Source: an uncultured Actinomycetes bacterium
GTDB lineage: Bacteria > Actinomycetota > UBA4738 > HRBIN12
Length of the DNA: 64,000 bases
Assembly: GCA_963850315.1 (NCBI GenBank)
Contig: CAWKKN010000003.1
Location: 106,032 to 170,031 of the forward strand
Reading direction: 5' to 3'
Shown here: positions 11,449-20,120 of the stretch, piece by piece
Numbering within the stretch: position 1 is the first letter of the stretch
Layout: the number at the start of each line of letters is the position of its first letter
Program-made: the position numbers and the translations under genes
Notes under the pieces: model-generated
The model's database searches: none
Seen by the model: the letters and a program-made list of their open reading frames with translations, nothing else
What the model was told of the DNA's origin: nothing

Positions 11449-13351
11449 CGAGGGATCCCGGGTTCTCGACGCCGGAGAGGTCTCCTGGGTCCTCACCCGT
11501 CGCGACGGCGCGGATCGCGCGGCGGACGATCTTCGCGCTGCGGGTCCGCGGCAGCTCGTCGACGAACACGATCCGCGACGGGCGGAACGAGCTGCCGAGG
11601 TGCTCCGTGACAACAGCGGCGAGGTCTTCGCCGCTGACGTCGACGCCCGGTTTGCGCACGACGAACGCCCAGATGGTCTCGCCCTTCACCTCGTGCGGCA
11701 CACCCACCGCCGCGGACTCCGCCACCGCCGGGTGCGCCGCGAGCGCGCTCTCCACCTCCGCGGGGCCGATCCGCTTGCCCGCGATCGACAGGGTGTCATC
11801 GCTGCGTCCGTGCAGGAACCAGAAGCCGTCCTCATCCACGCTCGCCCAGTCGCCGTGGACCCATACGCCGGGCCAGCGGCGCCAGTACGTGTCGAGGTAG
11901 CGCTCGGGGTCGCCCCAGACCCCTCGCGTCATCGAAGGCCACGGCTGCGTGCACACGAGCTCCCCCACCTCGCCCGGCGCCACCGGTGCGCCGTCGGCGC
12001 CGAACACCTCCACCGCCATGCCGAGCGCCGGACCGCGTAAGGTGCACGCCTTGAGCGACGTGATCGGTAACGGCGAGAGGAAGCACGCCCCGACCTCGGT
12101 GCCTCCGGAGAGATTGATGATGGGAAGCCGGCCGCCGCCGACCTCCCGGAACAGCCACAGGTACGGGTCGGGGTTCCACGGCTCGCCGGTCGAAGCGAGG
12201 ATCCGCAGACTGCCGAGGTCGTGCGCGCGCACCGGCTCCTCACCCGCGGGGATCAGCGCACGGATCAGCGTCGGCGATACCCCCAGCGTCGTGACGCCGT
12301 GGCGTTCGACGGCCGCCCACAGCCGGTCGGGCCCGGGGAAGTTCGGAGCACCCTCGGAAAGCAGCAGGGTCGCGCCCAGCGCGAGCGCACCCACGATCTC
12401 CCACGGCCCCATGATCCATCCGAGGTCCGTAACCCAGTGCAGGACGTCGCCGGGGCGAACGTCGGCCTGGTACGCAACTTCCTCCGCGATCTTTACGAGG
12501 AAGCCCCCGTGGACGTGCAGCGCGCCCTTCGGCCGGCCCGTCGTGCCGCTCGTGTAGCCGATGAACAGCGGGTGCTCGGGATCGAGCCACTCGGTCTCGA
12601 ACGCGGCCGGCTGCGCGGCGAGCAGCTCGTCCCACGACACGTCCCGCGCGGGATCGCGCGGCGCATCGGAGCGGGCGAGCCGGTCCCACACCACCACGTG
12701 CTCCAGGGCCGCCGACGCCGCCGCGGCGTCGGCGATCTCCTTCATCGGAACCACCTTGCCCCGGCGAAGGGTCCCGTCCGCGGTGATGAGCACGCGCGCG
12801 CCGGCGTCGATCAGGCGGGTAGCGACGGCGTCGGCCGCGAACCCGCTGAACACAGGCACCCAGATGGCGCCGAGCTTCGAACACGCCATCATGGCCGCGA
12901 CGGCCTCCGGCACCATCGGCAGGAAGATGCCGACCGCGTCCCGCGTCCCCACGCCGAGCGACCGCAGTCCGTGTGCGAGCCGGTCGGCGACCTCGCGGAG
13001 CTCGCGATAGGTCCACGCGCGCACGGCGCCATCCTCGGTCTCCCCGATCACCGCGGGCGCGTCCGGCGTCCGCGCGGCCCACACGTCGACGCATTGGTGG
13101 GCGAGGTTCACCTGACCGCCGCCGAACCAGGTCGTCCACTCGGGTCCCTGGGACGGATCCAGGACGTTGTCGTAGGGGCGGAAGAACTCGATCCCCAGGT
13201 CGCGCACGACCGCGTCCCAGAACCACGCGACGTCGGTGATCGAGCGCTCCACGAGCTCCTCGTAGGTGCCGATCCCGTTCGCGTGCATGAAGCGCGTGAC
13301 GTTGGCGCGCTCAACCACGGCGGGGGTGGGCTCCCACAGCACGTCGGTCAC
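11420..13351 (-). CDS. AMP-forming acetyl-CoA synthetase-like acyl-CoA ligase
   Basis: 643 aa with the AMP-binding motif YTSGTTGRPKG and Acs-like N- and C-terminal regions (..SIAGKRIGPAEVESAL..RTRSAKIVRR). Confidence 0.9.
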   Translation of the reverse strand: MTDVLWEPTPAVVERANVTRFMHANGIGTYEELVERSITDVAWFWDAVVRDLGIEFFRPYDNVLDPSQGPEWTTWFGGGQVNLAHQCVDVWAARTPDAPAVIGETEDGAVRAWTYRELREVADRLAHGLRSLGVGTRDAVGIFLPMVPEAVAAMMACSKLGAIWVPVFSGFAADAVATRLIDAGARVLITADGTLRRGKVVPMKEIADAAAASAALEHVVVWDRLARSDAPRDPARDVSWDELLAAQPAAFETEWLDPEHPLFIGYTSGTTGRPKGALHVHGGFLVKIAEEVAYQADVRPGDVLHWVTDLGWIMGPWEIVGALALGATLLLSEGAPNFPGPDRLWAAVERHGVTTLGVSPTLIRALIPAGEEPVRAHDLGSLRILASTGEPWNPDPYLWLFREVGGGRLPIINLSGGTEVGACFLSPLPITSLKACTLRGPALGMAVEVFGADGAPVAPGEVGELVCTQPWPSMTRGVWGDPERYLDTYWRRWPGVWVHGDWASVDEDGFWFLHGRSDDTLSIAGKRIGPAEVESALAAHPAVAESAAVGVPHEVKGETIWAFVVRKPGVDVSGEDLAAVVTEHLGSSFRPSRIVFVDELPRTRSAKIVRRAIRAVATGEDPGDLSGVENPGSLDAIRVALRD

Positions 13352-13374
13352 CGTCGCATGGTAGAACCCTCAGC

Positions 13375-14433
13375 GTGGAGCCACGTGTCGGCGTCTTGGG
13401 GATCGGCTGGTACGGGTTCGCGCCCACCATGGAGGGCCTCTCCTACAAGGAGCTCATGTTCGAGGCTGCGCGGCGCGCCTACGCCGACGCCGCCCTCGAC
13501 CCACGCCGCGAGATCGACTCGTTCGTGTGCGCGTCGGAGGATCTTGAGGAGGGGACGTCCATCTTCGACGAGTACGTGCCCGACCAGCTCGGCGCGGTCC
13601 AGCGGCCCGTGCACACCGTGGCGAGCGACGGGCTGTTCGCGCTCGCCACCGGCGTGATGCTGATCCGAAGCGGCGTCGCTGCCGTGGTGGCGGTCGAGGC
13701 GCATTCGAAGGCGAGCGACCTTCTCACGCCCCGCCGGCTCGAGCACTTCGCGATGGATCCCGTGCTCAATCGGCCGCTGGGGGTGAGTGCGCTCGCGGTG
13801 GCAGGACTCGAGATGCGCCGCTACCTCGAGACGAGCGGCCGCACGCAGGACGACTGCGCCGCCGTGGCCACGCGCAACCGCGAGCACGCGCGATCGAACC
13901 CGCGGGCGTCGTTCGCGGACTTGGTGGACTCCCGCCCCTCGTTCGAACCGCTCACGCGCGATCAAGCCGCGGAGAGCGTGGACGGGTGCGTCGTCATCGT
14001 GCTGGCGGCCGATCGGACCGGCCCGGCGCCGGTCTGGGTCGACGGGGTCGGCTGGAGCCAGGATGCTCCGTCGTTGGAGAGTCGTGACTGGGGCTCCGCG
14101 AGCGCGGCCGGGCGCGCCGCAGACCTGGCCTACCGGCGGGCTGACGTGGCGCCCGACGACGTCGACCTGGCAGAGGTGGACGACACGTTCGCCTACAAGC
14201 AGCTGCAGCACCTCGATGCCCTGGGGCTCGAGGGCCTCGATCCCGACCGGGTCGATCTGTCCGGCGGCGCGCTCGGTGAGGGCCACCTCCACGAGGGCAA
14301 CGGGCTCGCGCGGGCGCTCGCCTGCGTCGAGCGCCTGCGCTACGGGGAGGCTCGGATCGCGGTGGCGCAGTCGTGGCGCGGCGTGCCGAGCACGTCGTCG
14401 GCGGTCGCGGTGTTCACGGGGGGAGCCGCGTGA
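13375..14433 (+). CDS. Thiolase-fold (SCP-x/Ltp-like) protein. I see no nucleophilic Cys.
   Basis: 352 aa with a GTG start and an SCPx-type thiolase layout. The loop where thiolases carry the acyl-accepting Cys reads HTVASDGLFAL. C-terminal SGGALGEGH. Confidence 0.85.
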   Translation: MEPRVGVLGIGWYGFAPTMEGLSYKELMFEAARRAYADAALDPRREIDSFVCASEDLEEGTSIFDEYVPDQLGAVQRPVHTVASDGLFALATGVMLIRSGVAAVVAVEAHSKASDLLTPRRLEHFAMDPVLNRPLGVSALAVAGLEMRRYLETSGRTQDDCAAVATRNREHARSNPRASFADLVDSRPSFEPLTRDQAAESVDGCVVIVLAADRTGPAPVWVDGVGWSQDAPSLESRDWGSASAAGRAADLAYRRADVAPDDVDLAEVDDTFAYKQLQHLDALGLEGLDPDRVDLSGGALGEGHLHEGNGLARALACVERLRYGEARIAVAQSWRGVPSTSSAVAVFTGGAA

Positions 14434-16139
14434 CCGGTCGCAAGGTCGCCGTGGTGGGCGCGGGCCTGACGAAGTTCGTCCGTCGGGCGCAGGAAACGGG
14501 CAAGGAGCTCAGCTGGATCGCCGCGAAGGCGGCGCTCGACAGCGCCGGCCTCACGCTCGCCGACGTCGACGCCGTGTGCCTCACGAGCGCGCCCGACGCG
14601 TTCGACGGCGTGCATCGCAAGGGCGACTACCTCGCGGACGGCGCGGGGGCGTGGGGCAAGCCGTTCATCCGCACGTACGTGGGCGGTGGCAGCGGCGTCT
14701 TCGCGCCCATCCAGGGGTGGTACACGGTGGCCTCCGGGATGGCCGACGTCGTACTCGTGATCGCCGAGGAGAAGATGTCGAGCTGCCAGCCGCACCCGCA
14801 AGGCGCCTTCCTCACGATCTTCGACAACATCATCGAACGGCCGCTGGGGCCGAACCTGCTGTGGATCTTCGCGCTCGAGATGAACCGCTACATGAACGCG
14901 TACGGCCTCGACAAGCGCGACATCGCGAGCGTCGCCGTGAAGAACAAGCGCAACGCGGCCGATCACCCGTCGGCGCTCCTGGGCGAGGCGGGCATCACCG
15001 TCGAGGACGTGCTGGCGAGCGAGACGCTCGCCTGGCCGGTGCAGCGCCTCGACGTCTCGCCGATCAGCGACGGCGCCGCGGCGATCGTGATGGCGAGTGA
15101 GGACGCCAGTCGGCGGATCACGGACCGTCCCGTTTGGGTGCAGGGTGTCGGCTGGAACCTCGACACCACCTACTGGACGAACCGCGATCTCGCCTATCCG
15201 GAGTACGTGGAGAACGCCGCGCGCATGGCCTACCACATGGCGGGCGTCACCGAGCCACGCAAGCAGATCCACGTCGCCGAGCCCTACGACCCATTCGACT
15301 ACAAGGAGCTCCACCACCTGGAGGGGCTCATGCTGTTCGACAAGGGCAAGGCGCCGGAGGCGGCCGCGGCCGGCGTGACGGCGCGTGACGGCGACCTCCC
15401 CTGCTGTCCGAGCGGCGGGCTGCTCGGCGTCGGCAACCCGATCGCCGCCGCCGGGCTCATGAAGGTGGCGGAGCTGTTCTGGCAGCTCCGGGGCGAAGCG
15501 GGCGCGCGTCAGGTGCCGGGGACGCCCGAACGAGGGCTCGCGCAGGCCTGGGGCGACCTGATGCAGGTGGGAACCGTGGTCGTCATGGGCGTGGACGGCG
15601 GTCCGGCGCCGACGGCGACGCGCGACGTGACGCCTCCCGTCGCGCCGCGCGCGACCGGGCTGAGCGACGCCGAGTTCCGCGCCGCGCCGGGCGCGGTCGA
15701 GGTGGACGAGCTCGACCTCGCCTACGACTGGGACGCCGGCGAGGCGATGGGCGCGTTCCTGGAAGGGCTGCGCGACGCGCGCATCGTCGCCACCGTGTGC
15801 ACGGCGTGCGAGCGGACGCTCGTACCGCCCCGGAAGTTCTGCGAGCGATGCTTCCGGCCCACGGATTCCTGGACGGAGGTGACGGCGACCGGGCGGGTGG
15901 AGACCTTCTCCATCTGCCACGTCCGGTGGGACATGGTTCCCCTCGACCCACCCGAGATCCCGGCGGTGATCCGTTTGGAGGGCACGAGCGAGGGCGGCTT
16001 CCTGCACAAGCTGGCGGAAGTCGAACCCAGCGACGTGACGATCGGCATGGTGGTCGAGGCCGTGTGGAAGCCACCCGATGAGCGCACCGGGTCGATCTTG
16101 GACATCGAGCACTTCCGCCCGCGGGGAGGAGGACGCTGA
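14430..16139 (+). CDS. Thiolase-fold (SCP-x/Ltp-like) protein fused to a C-terminal DUF35 (Zn-ribbon + OB-fold) domain
   Basis: The GTG start overlaps the upstream stop (GTGA). The thiolase-like part (VAVVGAGLTKF..VGGGSGVF..VLVIAEEKMS..SGGLLGVGNPIAAAG) lacks the canonical Cys and His. The C-terminal 150 aa (CTACERTLVPPRKFCERCF..TFSICHV) are DUF35-like. Confidence 0.85.
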   Translation: MTGRKVAVVGAGLTKFVRRAQETGKELSWIAAKAALDSAGLTLADVDAVCLTSAPDAFDGVHRKGDYLADGAGAWGKPFIRTYVGGGSGVFAPIQGWYTVASGMADVVLVIAEEKMSSCQPHPQGAFLTIFDNIIERPLGPNLLWIFALEMNRYMNAYGLDKRDIASVAVKNKRNAADHPSALLGEAGITVEDVLASETLAWPVQRLDVSPISDGAAAIVMASEDASRRITDRPVWVQGVGWNLDTTYWTNRDLAYPEYVENAARMAYHMAGVTEPRKQIHVAEPYDPFDYKELHHLEGLMLFDKGKAPEAAAAGVTARDGDLPCCPSGGLLGVGNPIAAAGLMKVAELFWQLRGEAGARQVPGTPERGLAQAWGDLMQVGTVVVMGVDGGPAPTATRDVTPPVAPRATGLSDAEFRAAPGAVEVDELDLAYDWDAGEAMGAFLEGLRDARIVATVCTACERTLVPPRKFCERCFRPTDSWTEVTATGRVETFSICHVRWDMVPLDPPEIPAVIRLEGTSEGGFLHKLAEVEPSDVTIGMVVEAVWKPPDERTGSILDIEHFRPRGGGR

Positions 16140-16573
16140 TGGCGCGCACGGTCGCGGGCAAGCTTCCCGTGGGGTTCCGGTATACGCCGGGCGTGGGCAA
16201 CGCTGCGTTCTTCGACGCGCTCCGCGAACGAGGCGTGCTGCTGGGGTCACGGTGCGACGCGTGCGCCGTGACCTACCTCCCCGCGCGCATCTTCTGCGAG
16301 CGCTGCCTCGCGGAGCTCGAGGCCGGAGCGGAGTGCGGACCCGAGGGCGAACTGGTGTCCTGGACGATCGGCCACGTGGACCTCGACGACGAGCCGCTCG
16401 CGGAGCCCGTCGCGATCGGCCTCGCTCGGCCCGACGGCGCCGACACCGTGCTCATGCACCGCGTGCTCGGCGCAGCGACGCCCCGGATCGGCCAGCGTGT
16501 GCGCGTCGAGGTTCGAGAGCCGTCCGAGCGCACCGGCTCGATGCTCGACATCGAGGGATTCCGGCCCGTATGA
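16139..16573 (+). CDS. Stand-alone DUF35 (Zn-ribbon/OB-fold) protein
   Basis: 144 aa with CDACAVTYLPARIFCERC followed by an OB-fold-like region. The start overlaps the upstream stop (TGATG). Confidence 0.85.
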   Translation: MARTVAGKLPVGFRYTPGVGNAAFFDALRERGVLLGSRCDACAVTYLPARIFCERCLAELEAGAECGPEGELVSWTIGHVDLDDEPLAEPVAIGLARPDGADTVLMHRVLGAATPRIGQRVRVEVREPSERTGSMLDIEGFRPV

Positions 16574-17730
16574 ACTTCGACCTCACCCCGGAGCAGCGGG
16601 AGTTCCGAGGGATCGTGAAGGCGTTCGCCGACGAGGTCGTTGCGCCCGGAGCCGCCGAGCGCGACCTGCGCGAGGAGTTCCCGCTCGACGTCGTCGCCAA
16701 GATGGCAGAGCTCGGCCTGTTCGGGCTCCCGTTCCCCGAGGAGTTCGGCGGGAGCGGGAGCGACGCGCTGACGTTCTGCCTGGTGATCGAAGAGCTGGGC
16801 CGTGTGGACCAGTCCGTGGGGATCACGCTGTCAGCGGCCGTGGGTCTCGGTGCCGGGATGATCGATCGCTTCGGGACGCAGGAGCAGAAGGAGCGATGGC
16901 TCGTCCCGGCCTGCCGTGGGGAGCTGCTGGCGTCGTTCGCGCTCACGGAACCGAACGCCGGCTCGGACGCCGCCGCACTTCGCACGTCCGCAACCTCAGA
17001 CGGCGGGGATGGGTGGGTCATCGAGGGCAGCAAGGCGTTCACGACGAACAGCGGGACCGCGATCACCGGTGTCCACGTCGTGGCGGCCGCGACGGAGCCG
17101 GGCGGGGGCGCCCACGGGATCTCGACCCTGCTCGTTCCGGCGGATGCCCCGGGGGTCGCGGTGGCCCCGGCGTACCGCAAGCTCGGCTGGCGCGCGAGCG
17201 ACACGCACGAGCTGTCGTTCCGCGATTGCCGCGTGCCGATGGACGCGTTGTTGGGGGGGCGCGGGGGTGGGTTCGCCCAATGCCTCGCGATCCTCACGGC
17301 CGGGCGGATCTCCGTGGCGGCGCTCTCGGTCGGTCTCGCCCAGGCTTGCCTCGACCACAGCGTCGCCTACGCGAAGGAGCGCGAGTCCTTCGGCCGGCCC
17401 ATCGGCGCGGCCCAAGCGATCGCCGTGAAGCTCGCGGACATGCGGGTGCGGGTGGAGACGGCACGCCTCGCCACCTACCACGCGGCTTGGCTCCGCGACG
17501 AGGGTCGCCCCTTCGTCGCCGAGGCCTCCATGGCGAAGCTCGCTGCGAGCGAGGCCGCGGCCGCGAACGCCCGCGACGCCGTGCAGGTGCACGGCGGGGC
17601 GGGGTTCATGGAGGACCTACCGGTCGCGCGCTTCTACCGCGACGCGAAGGTCCTGGAGATCGGCGAGGGCACCAGCGAGATCCACCGCCTGCTGCTCGCG
17701 GCCGACCTCGGGCTGCCCCCCGCCTTCTAG
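16570..17730 (+). CDS. Acyl-CoA dehydrogenase
   Basis: 386 aa with an ATGA overlap to the upstream gene. Typical ACAD blocks (FALTEPNAGSDA, GWVIEGSKAFTTN, YRDAKVLEIGEGTSEI). Confidence 0.93.
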   Translation: MNFDLTPEQREFRGIVKAFADEVVAPGAAERDLREEFPLDVVAKMAELGLFGLPFPEEFGGSGSDALTFCLVIEELGRVDQSVGITLSAAVGLGAGMIDRFGTQEQKERWLVPACRGELLASFALTEPNAGSDAAALRTSATSDGGDGWVIEGSKAFTTNSGTAITGVHVVAAATEPGGGAHGISTLLVPADAPGVAVAPAYRKLGWRASDTHELSFRDCRVPMDALLGGRGGGFAQCLAILTAGRISVAALSVGLAQACLDHSVAYAKERESFGRPIGAAQAIAVKLADMRVRVETARLATYHAAWLRDEGRPFVAEASMAKLAASEAAAANARDAVQVHGGAGFMEDLPVARFYRDAKVLEIGEGTSEIHRLLLAADLGLPPAF

Positions 17731-18293
17731 CTGGTCTTGTGCGCCTCGACCTCGATCTCGATGCCGATCTTCTTGCCGACCATGACGCCGCCGGCCTCGG
17801 CCGCCATGTTCCAGGTCATGCCGTAGTCCTCACGGTCGATCGTGGTGCGGGCGGAGGCGCCGAGCACGATGTCGCCCTGGACGCCGTTGCCGAAACCAAG
17901 GAACTCGCCGGTCAGGGTGACGGGTCGCGTGACGTCCTTGATCGTGAGGTTGCCGTCGAGCTCGAACCCGCCGCCGCCCAACGCCCGCACAGCCGTGCTG
18001 GTGAAGCTGAGCGTCGGATAGGTCTCGAGCTCCAGGAAGTCGCCGCTCTTGAGGTGCTCGTCGCGCTTCTCCGTGTTCGTCTGGATGCTGGCGGCGTCGA
18101 TCTCCACGCTGACGCTCGAGCCCTCGAGCGTGTCCCGGACCACGATCTGGCCGTTGAAGTCCGTGAAGCGTCCGCGGACCCTGGAGACGAGGTGACGTGC
18201 CACGAACTCCACGGTCGAATGCGTGACGTCCAGGTCGTACGTCCCCGCGGGCGGGAGCGCTGTCCTGGAGATTTCCTTCGCTGCCTGCGACAT
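17727..18293 (-). CDS. YceI-family (polyisoprenoid-binding-like) protein
   Basis: YDLDVTHSTVEFVARHLVSRVRGRFTDFNG..IDAASIQTNTEKRDEHLKS.DFLE..YPTLSF. The start is taken at MSQAAKE (18293) inside the longer ORF. Confidence 0.9.
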   Translation of the reverse strand: MSQAAKEISRTALPPAGTYDLDVTHSTVEFVARHLVSRVRGRFTDFNGQIVVRDTLEGSSVSVEIDAASIQTNTEKRDEHLKSGDFLELETYPTLSFTSTAVRALGGGGFELDGNLTIKDVTRPVTLTGEFLGFGNGVQGDIVLGASARTTIDREDYGMTWNMAAEAGGVMVGKKIGIEIEVEAHKTS

Positions 18294-18364
18294 GATCGCG
18301 TCCTCCTCGTCGATCCTTGGCCACCGCCCCTCGCGGCGGTCCTCGCACTCCCTAACCGAAGGCG

Positions 18365-18389
18365 AGGTACTATCTATTCCGAAGGTACT
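18365..18389. promoter_or_regulatory. Direct repeat AGGTACT-N11-AGGTACT in the AT-richer yceI/hxlR divergent intergenic region (candidate operator)
   Basis: gAGGTACTatctattccgaAGGTACTc lies between the divergent starts at 18293 and 18444. This region has the lowest local GC in the neighbourhood. There is no experimental or database support. Confidence 0.25.
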
Positions 18390-18443
18390 CACCTTTCAGG
18401 AGACTAACGGCGTCTCGGCCGATACCCCTAGGATGGGCGAGCG

Positions 18444-18773
18444 ATGACCGAGGAAGACCCCGTCTGCCGGCATTTCCAGCAAGCCGCCGACCTGATCGCG
18501 AAGCGGTGGACGCCGCAGATCCTGCAGGCCCTGCTGGCGGGGACCGAGCGCTTCACTCAGCTCAAGGGCGCCATCCCGCAGATCTCCGACGCGCTCCTGT
18601 CGGACCGCCTGAAGGAGCTGGAGGCCGCCGGGATCGTGACGCGGACCGTGACCCCGACGACACCCGTGCGGATCGATTACGGCCTCACCGAGCGCGGTCG
18701 GGACCTGAGCGGCGTGATGGCCGAGCTCGGCGCATGGGCCGAACGCTGGGCCGACGCGCCGGCCCATCCGTAA
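18444..18773 (+). CDS. HxlR-family winged-helix transcriptional regulator
   Basis: 109 aa. CRHFQQAADLIAKRWTPQILQALLAGTERFTQLKGAIPQISDALLSDRLKELEAAGIV.R is the HxlR signature arrangement. Confidence 0.9.
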   Translation: MTEEDPVCRHFQQAADLIAKRWTPQILQALLAGTERFTQLKGAIPQISDALLSDRLKELEAAGIVTRTVTPTTPVRIDYGLTERGRDLSGVMAELGAWAERWADAPAHP

Positions 18774-18785
18774 GGCCGGCCACCC

Positions 18786-20120
18786 CTAGATCGCGCGGTC
18801 GGCGATGTCGAGGACCTCGTCGATGATCGCGAAGCCGTCGTCGAGCTGCTCCGCGGTGATCGACAGGGGCGGATTCGTCATGATGCCGTTGAACCGCACC
18901 ATCGTGAACAGCCCGCGGTCCAGCAGCGCCTTGTTCACCGTCGCCATCGTGTCGTTCAGCACGTTGAATGGCGAGAGGGGCTCCATCGTCGTGCGGTCCT
19001 TCACGAGTTCCACGATGCCGAACAGGCCGAGGTTGCGGTAGCGGCCTACGCTGGGATGCTTCGCTGCCAGCTCCGTGTGGTGGCGGTGCATCTCCTCACC
19101 CATGCGCCTCGAGTTGCCCACCAGATCGTCGGATTCCAACACACCGATCGCGGCGAGCGCCGCCGCGCAGCTGAGCGGATGCGAGTTGTAGGTGAGCCCG
19201 CCCCAGAAGACGTGCTCGTCGAAGAACGCCGCGATCTCCGGCGTGAGCGCGAGTGCCCCCAGTGGCAGGTAGGAGGACGTGAGGCCCTTCGCCGTGGACA
19301 TGAGGTCCGGCTTCACGTCCCAGTGGTTCACCGCGAACCATTCGCCCGTGCGCCCGAATCCGCACATCACCTCGTCGGCGATCAGAAGGATGCCGAACTC
19401 GGTGCACAGCTCCCGGACGCCCTGGAGGTAGCCGTCGGGGGGCAGGAGGATGCCGTTCGTGCCGGTCACGGGCTCCAGGATGAAGGCCGCGATGGTCTCG
19501 GGCCCTTCCAGCTCGATCGTCTCACGCAGCGCGCTCAACGAGCTCTCCGCGTCGTCCGTACCACGCTGCGTGCCGTGGTACGGGTCCAGCACATGCACGA
19601 TGCCGGGCATCGGCGGCTCCTGGTTCGCCCAGCGCCGAGGATCGCCCGTGAGGTTGATCGTGGCGTACGTGGCGCCGTGGTAGGAGCGGTAGCGCGCGAG
19701 GATCTTCTGCCGGCCCGTGTACGCCTTCGCGATCCGTATGGCGTTCTCGTTGCACTCGGCGCCTCCGAGGGTGAAGAACGACTTCTCCATCGTGCCCGGC
19801 CACAGCTCCGCGAGCTTGCGGCCCAGGCGTGCCCGGGTTTCATACGTCATGAACGGCGATATGTACGGAAGCGTGGCGGCCTGCTTCGCGATGGCGTCGA
19901 GCACGCGCTTGTCGCCGTGGCCGATGTTGACGCCCATCAGCTGGGAGTTGAAGTCGAGATAGCGCGTGCCGTCGACCGAATAGAAGTACACGCCCTCGGC
20001 GCGCTCCACGGGCATCGGCATGACCTTGGCCTGGGCCTGCCAGTCGTAGAGGGTGTGTCGCTTCGACAGCGACACGATCTCCTCGGCCGAGAGCGGTGCG
20101 TCCCCGTTCATGGATCTCAC
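18786..20120 (-). CDS. Class III (omega-)aminotransferase, PLP-dependent
   Basis: 444 aa. ..SYHGAT.., ILEPV.G.NG, LLIADEVMCGFGRTGEWF, then STAKGLTS (Schiff-base Lys context). Confidence 0.92.
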   Translation of the reverse strand: MRSMNGDAPLSAEEIVSLSKRHTLYDWQAQAKVMPMPVERAEGVYFYSVDGTRYLDFNSQLMGVNIGHGDKRVLDAIAKQAATLPYISPFMTYETRARLGRKLAELWPGTMEKSFFTLGGAECNENAIRIAKAYTGRQKILARYRSYHGATYATINLTGDPRRWANQEPPMPGIVHVLDPYHGTQRGTDDAESSLSALRETIELEGPETIAAFILEPVTGTNGILLPPDGYLQGVRELCTEFGILLIADEVMCGFGRTGEWFAVNHWDVKPDLMSTAKGLTSSYLPLGALALTPEIAAFFDEHVFWGGLTYNSHPLSCAAALAAIGVLESDDLVGNSRRMGEEMHRHHTELAAKHPSVGRYRNLGLFGIVELVKDRTTMEPLSPFNVLNDTMATVNKALLDRGLFTMVRFNGIMTNPPLSITAEQLDDGFAIIDEVLDIADRAI

